Assembly: GCA_965237675.1 (NCBI GenBank)
Contig: OZ250150.1
Location: forward strand, 5,216,001 to 5,280,000
DNA length: 64,000 nt
Origin: Candidatus Latescibacterota bacterium
Lineage (GTDB): Bacteria; Latescibacterota; UBA2968; GCA-2709665
Reading direction: 5' to 3'
In this document: piece after piece, positions 1 to 9,313 of the stretch
How the letters are laid out: each line of letters opens with the position of its first letter
How positions within the stretch are numbered: the first letter of the stretch is position 1
Translations under genes and position numbers: made by a program
The notes under the pieces: generated by a model
The model's input: only the letters and a program-made list of their open reading frames with translations
Database searches by the model: none
Told to the model about the DNA's origin: nothing

Positions 1-689
1 GGTCTGGCGCGTTCCTCGAGGGTGCCGTCGGCTTTGCCGATGACGATGTGGTGGGCAAGGCCGATAAAGAGTCCGGATTCAACGACGCCGCAAATCGCCG
101 CAATACGCCGCTCAAGGTCGGCGGGGTCCTCGATGGCGCCAAAGGCGCAGTCCATGATGTGGTTGCCATTGTCCGTAACGAAAATACGGCGTTCGAGGAC
201 ACGGAGACTGGCGCGGCACCCCAGGGCTTCTATTTGCAACTGCACAAACTGCCAGCCGAAGGGCACGACTTCCACCGGCAGCGGGATTCCGCCGAGTCGA
301 TCCTTGAGTTTGGATTCGTCGGCAACGATGATCTCCCGGAGGCTGGCCGTGGCCACAAGTTTTTCACGAAGCAACGCCCCGCCACCGCCCTTTATGAGGT
401 TGAAGGCGGGATCGATCTCGTCCGCGCCGTCGATAGTCAGGTCGATCCGGGTGGTATCGGCGAAATCGATAAGGGGAATACCTTCGCGTTCGGCCTGAAT
501 CCGGGACTGTTCGGACGTGGGAATACCACGTATCCGAAGGCCCTCCCGGACGCGCTCGCCCAGCTTTCGAATGGCAAAGAACGCGGTCGATCCGGTCCCC
601 AGACCAACGATCATCCCGTCTTCCACCAATTCGGCGGCGCGTTCACCTGCGAGTTGTTTAGGGTTGGCAGCCACTGTTTTATTTGGCAT
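1..689 (-). CDS. rpiA: Ribose-5-phosphate isomerase A (3' end runs off the window)
   Basis: Not in the ORF track. Manual minus-strand translation from ATG 689 gives MPNKTVAANPKQLAGERAAELVEDGMIVGLGTGST...DLTIDGADEIDPAFNLIKGGGGALLREK...PLPVEV...TDNGN...GVVESGLF, which carries the RpiA signatures. Confidence 0.95.
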   Translation of the reverse strand, partial: MPNKTVAANPKQLAGERAAELVEDGMIVGLGTGSTAFFAIRKLGERVREGLRIRGIPTSEQSRIQAEREGIPLIDFADTTRIDLTIDGADEIDPAFNLIKGGGGALLREKLVATASLREIIVADESKLKDRLGGIPLPVEVVPFGWQFVQLQIEALGCRASLRVLERRIFVTDNGNHIMDCAFGAIEDPADLERRIAAICGVVESGLFIGLAHHIVIGKADGTLEERAR

Positions 690-830
690 CGTTACACGAT
701 CTTCCATTCTCTTTCCGGAAGTCTTCCAGGCCTGATCCGATTCGCCGGGAATTTATGGATTGGCGACCCGAAATGCAACGAGAAATGAGGGTGACATCAC
801 CCCCGCTGCGCCATTTGTCCCTGGCCTTAG

Positions 831-990
831 CAGCCCGTTGAAAAAGTCCATCCGGGCTGCGGCCGGCTCTTGTGGTCGCATTACTGCGTTGCGCTCCCTC
901 CCCGAATGCACCGATTCGACTCGGTCGCGCGCCTTGTCTTCGGTCACAATGGCTCGGCCTCGCCTGCAGAGCAACTTTATCAACGGACTG
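831..990. mobile_element. 160-bp MITE-like element, family A, copy 1
   Basis: Terminal inverted repeats cagcccgttgaaaaagt / actttatcaacggactg (15/17). Flanked by direct repeat ttag (827-830, 991-994). 147/160 identical to 47046-47205 by manual alignment. Confidence 0.85.
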
Positions 991-1006
991 TTAGGGCCGA
1001 AATTAA

Positions 1007-1035
1007 TTGACATTTTCGTTTGTATCTATCATAAT
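1007..1035 (+). promoter_or_regulatory. Sigma70-type promoter for the HTH-MBL gene
   Basis: TTGACA-17 bp-CATAAT, about 65 bp upstream of GTG 1099. Confidence 0.6.
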
Positions 1036-1098
1036 ATTGGCATGGTCTTGAAAGCGACCATTGCACATTACGAATGACCTTCGAACGGGGGAGGACAC

Positions 1099-1944
1099 GT
1101 GGCATACACGACGCTCGAGGATTTTTTCGGAGATATTGTCGGAAAGGCCAGGCGGGGGCGGGGTCTTTCGGAAAAGGCGCTTGCAGAAGCGGCGGGACTG
1201 ACCGCCGAGGACGTCGGACTGATTGAAGCCTACGAACTCACGCCGGAAGATGGCCGTATTCGGGCACTCGCCGGCGCGCTGCATCTGGAAGGGGAAAAGC
1301 TGCTCGGGATTGCGAAGGGATGGGTGCCGGAGCGGGGAAACGCGCCTCACGACGACGCGCGACTGTCCGTTGAGCGAACGATTCTGGACGTGGGTATGGA
1401 AGTGAACGCCTATGCGTTGAAGTGCAAGGCTTCAGGTGAAGGCGCGATTGTCGATGCGGGAGGCCATGCCGAGCGGATTTTTGAAATGGCGGAGCGAATG
1501 TGTCTGAAGGTGACCCACGTGCTGCTTACTCACGGACATGGCGACCACGTTGGCGCACTTGCTGAAATTGCAGAAGCAACGAGCGCCCGGGTGTGTTGTT
1601 GCGAACGTGATTTCGCGCTTCTTGGAAGTCTGAAAGGACTCGTAACTGACCTGGTGGACGACGGCTGGCGTACGAACGTGGGGCGTATCGCCATCGATGC
1701 GGTGAGCCTCCCAGGGCATACGGCGGGCGGAATCGGTTACGGTGGAGACGGTGTGTTCTTTTCGGGCGACGCGCTTTTTGCAGGATCCATGGGCGGCGCG
1801 CTGGGTTCAGCTTATGCCGGTCAGATCACGGCGGTAATGGAAAAGGTCCTGTTTCGAAATGAGAACACCCGCGTTTTTCCGGGGCATGGACCCATCACGT
1901 CGGTTGCTGAGGAACTGGCGCAAAACCCGTTTTTTGCCCGCTGA
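1099..1944 (+). CDS. XRE-type HTH domain fused to an MBL-fold metallo-hydrolase (glyoxalase II-like)
   Basis: N-terminal ARRGRGLSEKALAEAAGLTAEDVGLIE resembles a Cro/C1 HTH. THGHGDH, PGHT, GD and PGHG are MBL motifs. GGAGG RBS present. Confidence 0.85.
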   Translation: MAYTTLEDFFGDIVGKARRGRGLSEKALAEAAGLTAEDVGLIEAYELTPEDGRIRALAGALHLEGEKLLGIAKGWVPERGNAPHDDARLSVERTILDVGMEVNAYALKCKASGEGAIVDAGGHAERIFEMAERMCLKVTHVLLTHGHGDHVGALAEIAEATSARVCCCERDFALLGSLKGLVTDLVDDGWRTNVGRIAIDAVSLPGHTAGGIGYGGDGVFFSGDALFAGSMGGALGSAYAGQITAVMEKVLFRNENTRVFPGHGPITSVAEELAQNPFFAR

Positions 1945-2075
1945 GCCTCAGCGGGAACCCCAAATGCGGCGACATCAAAAACCAACAAGCGGCCGTGTAA
2001 AACTGAAGACGGACGCTTCCGGTTTAATTCCCAAACGATACGGTATCCGAAGGGCATGTTGACAAATCAAGGAGC

Positions 2076-5000
2076 TTGGATATGTCCCGGTGGTCCCTTC
2101 TATTTGGTATCACATTATTCACGTATGGTATCGCGTTCGGACAGGAGTATTTCGGCAAGAACAAGGTAACGTATGACGATTACGACTGGCACTATCTGGA
2201 GACGGAGCATTTCAAGATTTATTTCGACAAGGCGTCGCAGCCTGTGGCGGAGTTTGCGGCGAAGGAGGCGGAGCGTGCGCTGGTGCGGCTGGAGAAGGAT
2301 CTGAAGTATACGCTGAAGGACCGATATCCGATTGTGATCTACAACTCGCACAACGGTTTTTCGGTGACGAACATCGCGCAGGTGGAGCAGTCGGAGTTCA
2401 CGGGCGGTTTTACGGAGTTTGCGCAGGGACGGGTGGTGATCCCGTATACGGGGTCGTATGGCGATTTCCGTCACGTAATCCATCACGAGTTGGCGCACGT
2501 GGTGACATTGGAGATGTGGACGGGCGGCGGGTGGCTGGGGGCGATGATGACGCAGGCGGCGACGTTGCCGCCATTGTGGATTGCGGAGGGGGTAGCGGAG
2601 TATTTATCGCAGGGTGGGTGGGACAGTGAGGGTGACAATTTCATGCGTCACGCGACGATTGCGGGATATGTGCCTGGGATGATGGCGTTGAGCGGAGCGT
2701 TTGCGTATAAGGGTGGTCAGTCGGTATTCGTGATGATCGAGGAGGAGTATGGCAGGGACAAGGTAGCGGAGTTTATCTCGTCGTTTCGTTCCGCACGCGC
2801 GGTGGACAAGGCGCTGAAGGCGTCGGTGGGCGAGGGCGTGGAAGCGTTGGACGAGAAGTGGCAGTTGTGGTTGAAACGTCAGTATTGGAACGAGATCAAC
2901 CTGCACCACCCGTCGGAGGAGGTAGCGAAGCAGTTGACGGAGGCATCGGCGGGTCGCGGGTTTTACAATATCGCGCCGTCGTTTTCACCGCAGGGCGACA
3001 AGATCGCGTATGTGACGGAGCGTCAGGGGACGTTCGACATCTACCTGATGTCGGCGATCGACGGTCAGGATCTGGGACGGTTGGTGGAGGGGGAGCGTTC
3101 GTCGGACTTCGAGGGATTGTTTGTGCTGCGACCGGGCATCACGTGGTCGCCCGACGGCAAGCAGATCGCGTTTGCGGCGAAGTCGCGGAACAAGAACACG
3201 TTGTATACGCTGGATGTGAGGAAGAAGCGTGTGACGAAGCGTTTCAAGTTCGATCTGGACGGGTTGTTCGAGCCCACGTGGTCGCCTGACGGGAAAGAGG
3301 TCGCGATCGTGGGGTTGAAGGACGGCTGGTCGGACGTGTATATCGTGAACGTGGAGGACGAGTCGCTGCGCCGGATGACGCGGGATCCGTATGACGAGAA
3401 GCACCTGGACTGGTCGCCGGACGGGGAGTGGATCGCGATCAGTTCGGACCGACCGACGGCGGATCTGTCGTATGACGGCTCGAAGGACTTCGTGTTCGGC
3501 ACGTATGATGTGTTCGTGATCCGCCGGGATGGAACGGAGATTCGCCGGGTGGTGGAAAGCGAGGTGAACGACAGCCATCCCACGTGGGGGCCGGACTCGC
3601 AGAAGCTGGCGTTTGTGTCGGACAGGACGGGGGTGGGCAACATCTACATCGCGCACGTGGACGGCTCGCAGGTGTATCCCATCAGCAATCTGTTGTCGGG
3701 CGCGCGGTATATCGACTGGTCGGCCGACGGGAAGAAGCTGGTTTTTACGACGTTTCATCGGGGGGGTTACGACATCTTCGTGATGAAGGACCCGCTGAAG
3801 CAGAGGCGTGGGCTGGAGGACCTGCCGCTGACGCGTTACGCGAAGCGCCTGGCGGGGATCGAGGACCGCCCGTTCGTGGAACTGCGAGAGGAACACAGGG
3901 AAGAACGGACGGCGGCAGCCGCGGAACCCGACAGCACGGGTACCCCCGCGGAACAGGATACGGTGGCGGTGGCGGTGGCAGACCGGAAGGTGGAGACGTG
4001 GATGTCCGATCAGATGGCGCTGGCAGCAGCCGAAGCCCGCGGCGCCACCGGCGACGAGGACGCACAGGCCGACACCCTGGAGACGGACGACGACAGAGAA
4101 CTGACGCTGCGCGACTGGAGCAAAGAGTTCAAGGTGAACAAATACAGCGTCGAACTCAAACCGGAATTCTTCGGGGCCAACGCCGGCTTCGACACCTTCT
4201 ACGGCGTCAACAGCCTGGTTCAGCTGTCGCTGACGGACGTGATGGGCGACCACCGCGTCATCGTTCAGACAGGGCTCAGCTTCTCCCTGAAAGACAGCGA
4301 CCTCTTCCTCGGCTACCAGAATCTTAAACACCAGACCAATTACTACCTCAGCGCCATCCATACGCGTCTATTCTTCTTCGACAGCGGTCAGTTAAATGCC
4401 GATCGATACTTCGGCGCCGAGGCCAGCCTGGTTCGGCCGTTCAGTCGATTCAGCAGAATGGAACTGGGTACACGGGGCATCAGAATTACCCGCGAGCGCC
4501 TCGACCTGGAGCGATACGAGAATCCGTGGGTGCGACGCGGCTTGACCGGTAGAACCCTTCGTGGACTTACAGGCACAGAAGTCGATTCCCGCGGGGCTGC
4601 GGTTTCCTATCTGGCGATCGTGGACGACAACTCGTTGATGAGCCGTTTCGGAGCCGTTGACGGACGCCGGATGCGTCTTGGCGTAGAGGGAAGTTGGGCG
4701 GGAATGCGGTTTGCGGCGCTGAATCTGGATCTACGGCAGTATTTGTTCGCGCTGGGCGAATACACGTTTGCCTTTCGTCTCTCGGGCGGCACCAGCTATG
4801 GCCCCAACAAGAGAGTCTATTTTGTCGGTGGCGTCAACAATCCCGTGAATCCAAATTTTTCGACGTTTGCCAATGTGGACCAGGATCGGATATTCTTCTC
4901 CAGTTTTGTCTGGCCGCTTCGGGGCGTGGAGTTGTTCGAACTGGCTGGCGACTCGTACGTGCTGGCTAACGCGGCGTTCCGTTTTCCCCTCGTCCGGGAA

Positions 5001-5330
5001 CTGGCCATGGGCTGGCCGCTGCCGCTTTTCTTCCAGAACGTTCAGGGTGAGTTGTTCCTGGATATCGGCGGCGCCTTTGAAAGAGCCAATTGGAGAGACG
5101 GCTGGATCGCCCGTGACGGCGGCTTCGAGCTCAATGCGCCGCAACACTTCCGCGACGGGCAATCCAGACACGGATTCGAGAAACCGCAGATGGCGGCGGG
5201 GTACGGATTCGGCGTGCGCGTGAATCTGGGCTATTTCCTGTTCCGATACGACCTGGCCTGGCCCACGGATCTTGCACGGACCTACCAACCCCACCAATAT
5301 TTCTCTATTGACATGACAGGGCATTTCTAA
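2076..5330 (+). CDS. Omp85/BamA-superfamily outer membrane protein with N-terminal gluzincin peptidase (MA-like) and TolB-like WD40/PD40 propeller
   Basis: Signal peptide; HHELAH...WIAEGVAEY zinc motif; six (W/F)SPDG-like repeats; C-terminal barrel with PLRG loop and GYGFGVRVNLGYFLFRYDLAWP; terminal Phe. Confidence 0.85.
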   Translation: MDMSRWSLLFGITLFTYGIAFGQEYFGKNKVTYDDYDWHYLETEHFKIYFDKASQPVAEFAAKEAERALVRLEKDLKYTLKDRYPIVIYNSHNGFSVTNIAQVEQSEFTGGFTEFAQGRVVIPYTGSYGDFRHVIHHELAHVVTLEMWTGGGWLGAMMTQAATLPPLWIAEGVAEYLSQGGWDSEGDNFMRHATIAGYVPGMMALSGAFAYKGGQSVFVMIEEEYGRDKVAEFISSFRSARAVDKALKASVGEGVEALDEKWQLWLKRQYWNEINLHHPSEEVAKQLTEASAGRGFYNIAPSFSPQGDKIAYVTERQGTFDIYLMSAIDGQDLGRLVEGERSSDFEGLFVLRPGITWSPDGKQIAFAAKSRNKNTLYTLDVRKKRVTKRFKFDLDGLFEPTWSPDGKEVAIVGLKDGWSDVYIVNVEDESLRRMTRDPYDEKHLDWSPDGEWIAISSDRPTADLSYDGSKDFVFGTYDVFVIRRDGTEIRRVVESEVNDSHPTWGPDSQKLAFVSDRTGVGNIYIAHVDGSQVYPISNLLSGARYIDWSADGKKLVFTTFHRGGYDIFVMKDPLKQRRGLEDLPLTRYAKRLAGIEDRPFVELREEHREERTAAAAEPDSTGTPAEQDTVAVAVADRKVETWMSDQMALAAAEARGATGDEDAQADTLETDDDRELTLRDWSKEFKVNKYSVELKPEFFGANAGFDTFYGVNSLVQLSLTDVMGDHRVIVQTGLSFSLKDSDLFLGYQNLKHQTNYYLSAIHTRLFFFDSGQLNADRYFGAEASLVRPFSRFSRMELGTRGIRITRERLDLERYENPWVRRGLTGRTLRGLTGTEVDSRGAAVSYLAIVDDNSLMSRFGAVDGRRMRLGVEGSWAGMRFAALNLDLRQYLFALGEYTFAFRLSGGTSYGPNKRVYFVGGVNNPVNPNFSTFANVDQDRIFFSSFVWPLRGVELFELAGDSYVLANAAFRFPLVRELAMGWPLPLFFQNVQGELFLDIGGAFERANWRDGWIARDGGFELNAPQHFRDGQSRHGFEKPQMAAGYGFGVRVNLGYFLFRYDLAWPTDLARTYQPHQYFSIDMTGHF

Positions 5331-5364
5331 TGTCCTGTCCCAGAAATATGTCACCATTCATCCG
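5331..5364. repeat. Left end of a MITE-like family B element (degenerate or solo copy)
   Basis: tgtcctgtcccagaaatatgtcaccattcatccg is 31/34 identical to 33428-33461. Confidence 0.65.
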
Positions 5365-5451
5365 GCGGCATCGAACACCGTACCATGCCTTCAGAAACCG
5401 GTGGGGGTTCGTTGGCCGTGTCTGAATACGGGGTTTCGGGAGGATGCGCAA

Positions 5452-5766
5452 ATGGCGGCTAAAGACCACTATCGGGAAGGATTGAAGCAGATTTCCGCCG
5501 GCAACCTGGACGGCGCTTTAGAGATGTTTCACAGGGCGCTGGAAGAAGATCCGGATTTTTATATGGGGCACCTGGGTCTGGCCCAGGTTCTTGACCGGCA
5601 GGGCAAAGTCGATGAGGCGATTCCGCATGCGCAGGAGGCGATTCGAATCGCGCCCGGGGAGGCGCTTGCCCATACGAGTCTTTCGAGACTGTATCAGCAG
5701 AAGGGACTTATCGAGGAAGCGGAGGCGGCGATGGAAATGTCACGGCGGTTACAGTCCGAATCGTGA
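5452..5766 (+). CDS. Small tetratricopeptide repeat protein
   Basis: GGAGG RBS before ATG 5452; TPR consensus (ALEEDPDF...HLGLAQVL...A..IAPGEALAHTSLSRLY). Confidence 0.8.
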   Translation: MAAKDHYREGLKQISAGNLDGALEMFHRALEEDPDFYMGHLGLAQVLDRQGKVDEAIPHAQEAIRIAPGEALAHTSLSRLYQQKGLIEEAEAAMEMSRRLQSES

Positions 5767-5816
5767 CGGGAAATGGGCGGCTCCAGCCGGGCGCGGACAC
5801 ATCGTTCGCGCCTTTT

Positions 5817-6851
5817 CTATTTACCCTCTCCGTATCCGCTCGTGTCCACGGTGCTCAACCGGCGGGAAAAAAGGAGGCGGATCAGCCCTGGGCCGCCCGC
5901 AACCAGGTAGGTGACGAAGGCGAGAGCATGCATCACCGTCGCGTAAGCCAGAGCATCCGTAAGCGGCACATTGCATACCGCGTAAAGGGTCTGGCTGCAA
6001 AAATAATGGTAGGTGCCGGTTCCTCCCGGGGTGGGGATAATCACACCAATGGTCGATATGACCAGGACCACGATGGCGTCGAAAAAATCGAGGTGGTACC
6101 GGGACGGAAAACCGAAGGCGAAGAATGTGACGTAAGACGTCAAGATATAGGTCAGGTTGAGAAGGATGCTGGACACGAGGATGCCGAGATAGCCCGAGGT
6201 CGCGTGAACGCCGCCCAGACCCTGAAACAGCGACTGGAGAATTTCAATCAGCCGGTCCGCCACCGGTTGGGAGAGCCATCGGAAAGGTTTACGCAGAAAA
6301 ATCAATGCGCGATCACCGTAGACCGACAGAAGCCCGATGAGAACAAGAAAACCCACGGTGGCCGCAAGGGCGAGGAGCGCAACTCCCTCCATCCATGGGA
6401 ACGCGGTGACGATTTTGCTTCTGGAAAAATAAAGGATGCCTCCGAGAAAGATGAGGAGGGCCAGCATGTCGATCGCCCGTTCTACCAGAATGGTGGCGAG
6501 AATACCGCTCAATGGCAGACGCTCGTCTTTTTGAAGCGAGACCCCGCGCGCAATCTCTCCCGCGCGCGAGATGACGTTCGCGGCGGCATAACCCACGAGG
6601 ATGGCAAGGCTGGCTCTCCCTAAGGAAATCCGATGACTGACGGGTTTCAACAGGATCTGCCAACGCCAGGCGCGGGGGAGAATCGATAGAACGAGAAGCA
6701 AAACACTCAAGGCAAGCCAGGGAACCCTGGCTTGCCTTACGGCAGACCACAGTTGGGCTGGCGCGACGCCATGAAAGGCCAACCATAGAAATCCTGCGGC
6801 AAGCGCGACGCCGATGACAAATTTGAGCAGTGTCTTTAAAGAGTGCGTCAC
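5817..6851 (-). CDS. Lysylphosphatidylglycerol synthase TM / flippase-like membrane protein (UPF0104)
   Basis: Multi-TM with RAWRWQILL, SRAGEIAR, ILVERAID and IPTPGGTG motifs. Confidence 0.85.
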   Translation of the reverse strand: MTHSLKTLLKFVIGVALAAGFLWLAFHGVAPAQLWSAVRQARVPWLALSVLLLVLSILPRAWRWQILLKPVSHRISLGRASLAILVGYAAANVISRAGEIARGVSLQKDERLPLSGILATILVERAIDMLALLIFLGGILYFSRSKIVTAFPWMEGVALLALAATVGFLVLIGLLSVYGDRALIFLRKPFRWLSQPVADRLIEILQSLFQGLGGVHATSGYLGILVSSILLNLTYILTSYVTFFAFGFPSRYHLDFFDAIVVLVISTIGVIIPTPGGTGTYHYFCSQTLYAVCNVPLTDALAYATVMHALAFVTYLVAGGPGLIRLLFSRRLSTVDTSGYGEGK

Positions 6852-6875
6852 AGGGGCTCTCGTAAATATCCTCGT

Positions 6876-7766
6876 TCAGTAACCGAATCCGCGCAGGGCT
6901 TGTTCCTTATTTCGCCAGTTCTGGTGAACTTTCACACGCAGATCCAGATAGATGGGAGCGTTAAGAAAGGCCTCTATCTTACCCCTGGCAATTTTGCCGA
7001 TGGATTTGAGGGTTTTTCCGTTTCCACCGATGACGATACCCTTCTGGGACTTTCGTTCGACGACAATACTGGCACTTATGTAGGTTTTGGGTCTGTCTTC
7101 GCGGAAGGCCTCCACCTTGACCGCCGTCGCGTAGGGCAATTCCTGCCGGAGTTGCAGGAAAATCTCCTCACGGATGAGTTCGGCCACAAAAAACCGCTGC
7201 GGGTGCTCGGTAAGCATGTCTTCCGGGTAGTAAACGGGACCAGGAGGTAGCGCCTCCTCCAGACTGGCCCGGAGCAGCTCGACATTGAAACCGGTCTGGG
7301 CGGAAACCGGAAAAACTTCCCGAACAGTTGCTTCTTTTCTGACGCGATCCACGCAACGCTGCGCCCGGGCGGTGGAAACCAGGTCGGACTTATTCACGGC
7401 GACGATGCGCGGGCTTCTGACCCTGAGCAGGATTTCTCGTACTTCCTGGTCGAAGGTGCCTTCAAAGTCGGATGCATCTATCACACCGAGAAATACATCC
7501 GCGTCGCTGACGGAACGCCGAATCTGATCGCTCATCCGCTCGTGAAGACCGTAGCCCGGCTTAAGCAATCCCGGCGTATCCAGAAAAATCATCTGGGATG
7601 TTCGGGAGGTGAGGATGCCCAGAACCCGATGCCGCGTGGTCTGGGGTTTGGCGGTCACAATGGACAGGCGTTCGCCGACGAGCAGATTGAACAGCGTGGA
7701 TTTGCCCACGTTGGCTTTGCCGGCGATGGCGATGAATCCGGATTTAAAATCGGCAGCGCTTCGCAT
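6876..7766 (-). CDS. era: GTPase Era
   Basis: GKANVGKSTL, KPQTTR, DTPG and NKSD motifs; KH domain with ELPY and SQKGIVIG. Confidence 0.97.
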   Translation of the reverse strand: MRSAADFKSGFIAIAGKANVGKSTLFNLLVGERLSIVTAKPQTTRHRVLGILTSRTSQMIFLDTPGLLKPGYGLHERMSDQIRRSVSDADVFLGVIDASDFEGTFDQEVREILLRVRSPRIVAVNKSDLVSTARAQRCVDRVRKEATVREVFPVSAQTGFNVELLRASLEEALPPGPVYYPEDMLTEHPQRFFVAELIREEIFLQLRQELPYATAVKVEAFREDRPKTYISASIVVERKSQKGIVIGGNGKTLKSIGKIARGKIEAFLNAPIYLDLRVKVHQNWRNKEQALRGFGY

Positions 7767-7781
7767 GGATGTGCTCAGAAG

Positions 7782-8729
7782 TCAGAAATACAAGGAGCCC
7801 GAGATGCGGTAGGTATTGTCCAATTCACCGTGTTCCAGAAAGGCGAGATCGAAAGCAACGCGTCCACGGAGACGGACGCCCGCACCCGCTGTAAAGTGAT
7901 TTCCCCGCGCACCGAGGCGGAAGGCCAGCTTTTTTCGGTAGACGTATTCGACGCCAATCCGAACCCCCTGAAAGTTCTCGACGGCGGATTCTTCTTCACC
8001 GATGCGGAGACTCCCGCTGCAGGTGATGAGTCCGTTAACCGCCGCGACCGGCCGTACGAGCGCCAGTCCAATCACAAGGACCGGAGGAACGCGGTCGGAT
8101 GTACCCGAGTCGAAGGTGATCTTCATTGGAATGAGATTGCGAATCAGAAGGCCGGCCGTCACGTGCGGCCGAGGCATATAGAGCATGCCGAAGTCAATAC
8201 CAAATCCCGACCCCGTACCGGTGCCGAGCCTGCGGGATACGAGCTTCACCCCGGTACCTGCGAACAGATTAGACCGCAGGCCGCGGCCATAGGCAAGGTG
8301 GAGATGGTATTCGGTTGTACCCACGACACGGGATACGACGGGACGATTATCCGGGGCCGGCGGGAGCGCTGGGTTCTCGAGAGTGGTGAGCTTGACGCCG
8401 TCCACCCCCAGGCGGGTGAGGCCGACGCCAAAGCCGCCGATCGGAGAGGGGCCGCAAAGGGTAAAGACGTCATGGTTGACCGTGCCGCCGAACTGCTCGG
8501 CATGTTGAATCTGCAATTCTGTTTGTCGCAGGCGCTGAAGGCCTGCCGGGTTCCAGTAGATGGCGGTGGCGTCGTCGCTGACGGCCACAAAAGCGCTTCC
8601 CATCCCCAGCGGTCTTGCGCCTGCTCCGAGCTGCAGTGGGTCTTCTGAATAACGTGTTTCGGACTGCGCATGAACAGGAATGGGCCGCGACAGCGCCAGT
8701 GTGAGAATCGTTAGGAGGACGTGCTTCAC
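7782..8729 (-). CDS. PorV/FadL-like outer-membrane beta-barrel protein
   Basis: Signal peptide, then GAGARPLGMGSAFVAVSDDATAIYWNPAGL (PorV/FadL N-terminal signature); amphipathic strands; terminal Phe. Confidence 0.8.
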   Translation of the reverse strand: MKHVLLTILTLALSRPIPVHAQSETRYSEDPLQLGAGARPLGMGSAFVAVSDDATAIYWNPAGLQRLRQTELQIQHAEQFGGTVNHDVFTLCGPSPIGGFGVGLTRLGVDGVKLTTLENPALPPAPDNRPVVSRVVGTTEYHLHLAYGRGLRSNLFAGTGVKLVSRRLGTGTGSGFGIDFGMLYMPRPHVTAGLLIRNLIPMKITFDSGTSDRVPPVLVIGLALVRPVAAVNGLITCSGSLRIGEEESAVENFQGVRIGVEYVYRKKLAFRLGARGNHFTAGAGVRLRGRVAFDLAFLEHGELDNTYRISGSLYF

Positions 8730-9313
8730 GGGAACGGCTCTTCAGGTATGGATTCGACGATTGGAATGAGTATGGCGTTGCTCCCGGCGCGGAGAGCGGA
8801 ATCCAGCGCTTTGATGTCGGACGAGTCGAGGACGATGCCACCGGTCTGAGCGGGTACGTGAAATCCGTGCGGCTGGATGAGCAGGGTAGGAGAAAAATAA
8901 AGCCTGGAACGACCGTGGGGCCCCTCAATTAGCCGACCGCTGAAGTCGAGCGGCAAACGGCGGCCTCGAAGCCTGACTCCGGCGTTTCCGGGTTCGGCGC
9001 TCACCGGGGCGAGCCTGGCGATCATTTTGAGTTGTAAAGACGACCGGCTCAACCCTCCCGTGAGACGGTATTTCTGAATTGCGCAGGATCTCAACATGTG
9101 CGCACCGGCTTTCAGATAGAGCTTGCCGGCCGGCAGATCGATTACGAGGTAGTAGGCGTCGGGATCCTCCCTGACAAACCGAACTTCGAGTGCCAGGGCC
9201 TGATTTCTGTTTCGGAGAACCTGCTCGAGCGAGTCCGGCACACTCTGGCCGCATGCCGCGGGGGGCGGTATGAACCAGACGACCGGGATGGAAATGATGA
9301 CACGCAGGATCAA
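8726..9313 (-). CDS. L,D-transpeptidase-like exported protein lacking the catalytic His/Cys motif
   Basis: Probable TTG start overlapping the upstream stop (TTGA). YLVIDLPAGKLYLK matches the YkuD first strands. QTGGIVL...DIKALDSALRAGSNAILI aligns with THGCIRL...DLEATFARAQKGSRVYI of the neighbouring gene. Confidence 0.55.
   Translation of the reverse strand: MILRVIISIPVVWFIPPPAACGQSVPDSLEQVLRNRNQALALEVRFVREDPDAYYLVIDLPAGKLYLKAGAHMLRSCAIQKYRLTGGLSRSSLQLKMIARLAPVSAEPGNAGVRLRGRRLPLDFSGRLIEGPHGRSRLYFSPTLLIQPHGFHVPAQTGGIVLDSSDIKALDSALRAGSNAILIPIVESIPEEPFP

Noticed and set aside
48-788. Long ORFs such as 48-788, 2985-4361, 7542-8648, 19313-20599, 21257-22429, 47645-48730 and 62998-63588
   Set aside because: Antisense or alternate-frame shadows of well-supported genes in GC-rich DNA; no recognisable motifs.
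2970-3760. Recurrent tggtcgcc(c/g/t)gacgg DNA motifs as a repeat array
   Set aside because: They encode the WSPDG propeller repeats; spacing and divergence are not CRISPR-like.
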